Below the pieces are notes generated by a model. That model worked only from the letters and a program-made list of their open reading frames with translations, was not told the origin of the DNA and made no database searches. 64,000 bases of DNA from Mobula hypostoma (Eukaryota). Both the position numbers and the translations under genes were made by a program. Location of the stretch: assembly GCF_963921235.1 (NCBI RefSeq), contig NC_086097.1, forward strand, positions 250,358,001 through 250,422,000, given 5' to 3'. This document shows, piece after piece, positions 62,388 through 64,000 of this stretch. Position 1 is the stretch's first letter; each line of letters begins with the position of its first letter.

Positions 62388-64000
62388 ATAGAAACATAGA
62401 AACATAGAAACATAGAAAATAGGTGCAGGAGTAGGCCATTCGGCCCTTCGAGCCTGCACCGCCATTTATTATGATCATGGCTGATCATCCAACTCAGAAC
62501 CCCGCCCCAGCCTTCCCTCCACACCCCTTGACCCCCGTAGCCACAAGGGCCATATCTAACTCCTTCTTAAATATAGCCAATGAACTGGCCTCAACAGTTT
62601 CCTGTGGCAGAGAATTCCACAGATTCACCACTCTCTGTGTGAAGAAGTTTTTCCTAATCTCGGTCCTAAAAGGCTTCCCCTTTATCCTCAAACTGTGGCC
62701 CCTCGTTCTGGACTTCCCCAACATCGGGAACAATCTTCCTGCATCTAGCCTGTCCAATCCCTTTAGGATCTTATACGTTTCAATCAGATCCCCCCTCAAT
62801 CTTCTAAATTCCAACGAGTACAAGCCCAGTTCATCTAGTCTTTCTTCATATGAAAGTCCTGCCATCCCAGGAATCAATCTGGTGAACCTTCTTTGTACTC
62901 CCTCTATGGCAAAGATGTCTTTCCTCAGATTAGGGGACCAAAACTGCACACAATACTCCAGGTGTGGTCTCACCAAGGCCTTGTACAACTGCAGTAGTAC
63001 CTCCCTGCTCCTGTACTCGAATCCTCTCGCTATAAATGCCAGCATACCATTCGCCTTTTTCACCGCCTGCTGTACCTGCATGCCCACTTTCAATGACTGG
63101 TGTATAATGACACCCAGGTCTCGTTGCACCTCCCCTTTTCCTAATCGGCCACCATTCAGATAATAATCTGTTTTCCTATTTTTGCCACCAAAGTGGATAA
63201 CTTCACATTTATCCACATTAAATTGCATCTGCCATGAGTTTGCCCACTCACCCAACCTATCCAAGTCACCCTGCATCCTCTTAGCATCCTCCTCACTGCT
63301 AACATTGCCACCCAGCTTCGTGTCATCCGCAAACTTGGAGATGCTGCATTTAATTCCCTCATCCAAGTCATTAATATATATTGTAAACAACTGGGGTCCC
63401 AGCACTGAGCCTTGCGGTACCCCACTAGTCACCGCCTGCCATTCTGAAAAGGTCCTGTTTATTCCCACTCTTTGCTTCCTGTCTGCTAACCAATTCTCCA
63501 CCCACACCAATACCTTACCCCCAATACCGTGTGCTTTAAGTTTGCACACTAATCTCCTGTGTGGGACCTTGTCAAAAGCCTTTTGAAAATCCAAATATAC
63601 CACATCCACTGGTTCTCCCCTATCCACTCTACTAGTTACATCCTCAAAAATTTCTATGAGATTCGTCAGACATGATTTTCCTTTCACAAATCCATGCTGA
63701 CTTTGTCCGATCATTTCACCGCTTTCCAAATGTGCTGTTATCACATCCTTGATAACTGACTCCAGCAGTTTCCCCACCACTGACATTAGGCCAACCGGTC
63801 TCTAATTCCCCGGTTTCTCTCTCCCTCCTTTTTTAAAAAGTGGGGTTACATTAGCCACCCTCCAATCCTCAGGAACTAGTCCAGAATCTAACGAGTTTTG
63901 AAAAATTATCACTAATGAATCCACTATTTCTTGGGCTACTTCCTTAAGCACTCTAGGATGCAGACCATCTGGCCCTGGGGATTTATCTGCCTTCAATCCC
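62388..64000 (-). mobile_element. Young CR1 LINE ORF2 (runs off the window end)
   Basis: The 430-aa ORF 62494-63786 is in frame with ORF 63802-63996, separated by a single TAT>TAG stop. FADD is intact; (TTTCTATG)3 tail. Confidence 0.95.

Noticed and set aside
62471..63586. Long plus-strand ORFs (230 aa and 134 aa) and similar ones at 2359, 10377 and 21000
   Set aside because: Antisense shadows of CR1 ORF2 that recur in every copy.
1..64000. CRISPR arrays, rRNA or prokaryote-like operons and RT-based defence systems
   Set aside because: No regularly spaced repeat-spacer arrays or rRNA. All RT/endonuclease ORFs are explained by eukaryotic CR1, Rex1/Babar and Penelope elements.

Overview
Eukaryotic, repeat-dense DNA. 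The repeat content (CR1 LINEs, Rex1/Babar-like LINEs, V-SINEs, Penelope-like elements) suggests a cartilaginous fish, probably a ray or shark; this is an inference. The only host gene I can support is the 5' part of a CCN-family matricellular protein on the minus strand, most similar to CCN3/NOV. It has a CpG-island promoter (~5310-5610), exon 1 encoding a signal peptide (CDS 5332-5282) and exon 2 encoding a 12-Cys IGFBP domain (4782-4563). Exon 3 onward should lie left of the window. The remaining ~58 kb upstream is mostly nested transposon debris. It includes a 3-kb hAT element with an exact 8-bp TSD inside a near-full-length CR1, a solo LTR, small MITEs, and many Penelope-derived short elements. 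These Penelope-derived elements carry a minimal type-I hammerhead ribozyme (two identical intact cores 1.68 kb apart, plus about ten variants) and are repeatedly arranged as inverted or palindromic insertions. I found no convincingly new protein system; the ribozyme-bearing elements are the most interesting signal. Most repeat boundaries were placed by eye and are approximate unless a TSD or splice site is quoted.
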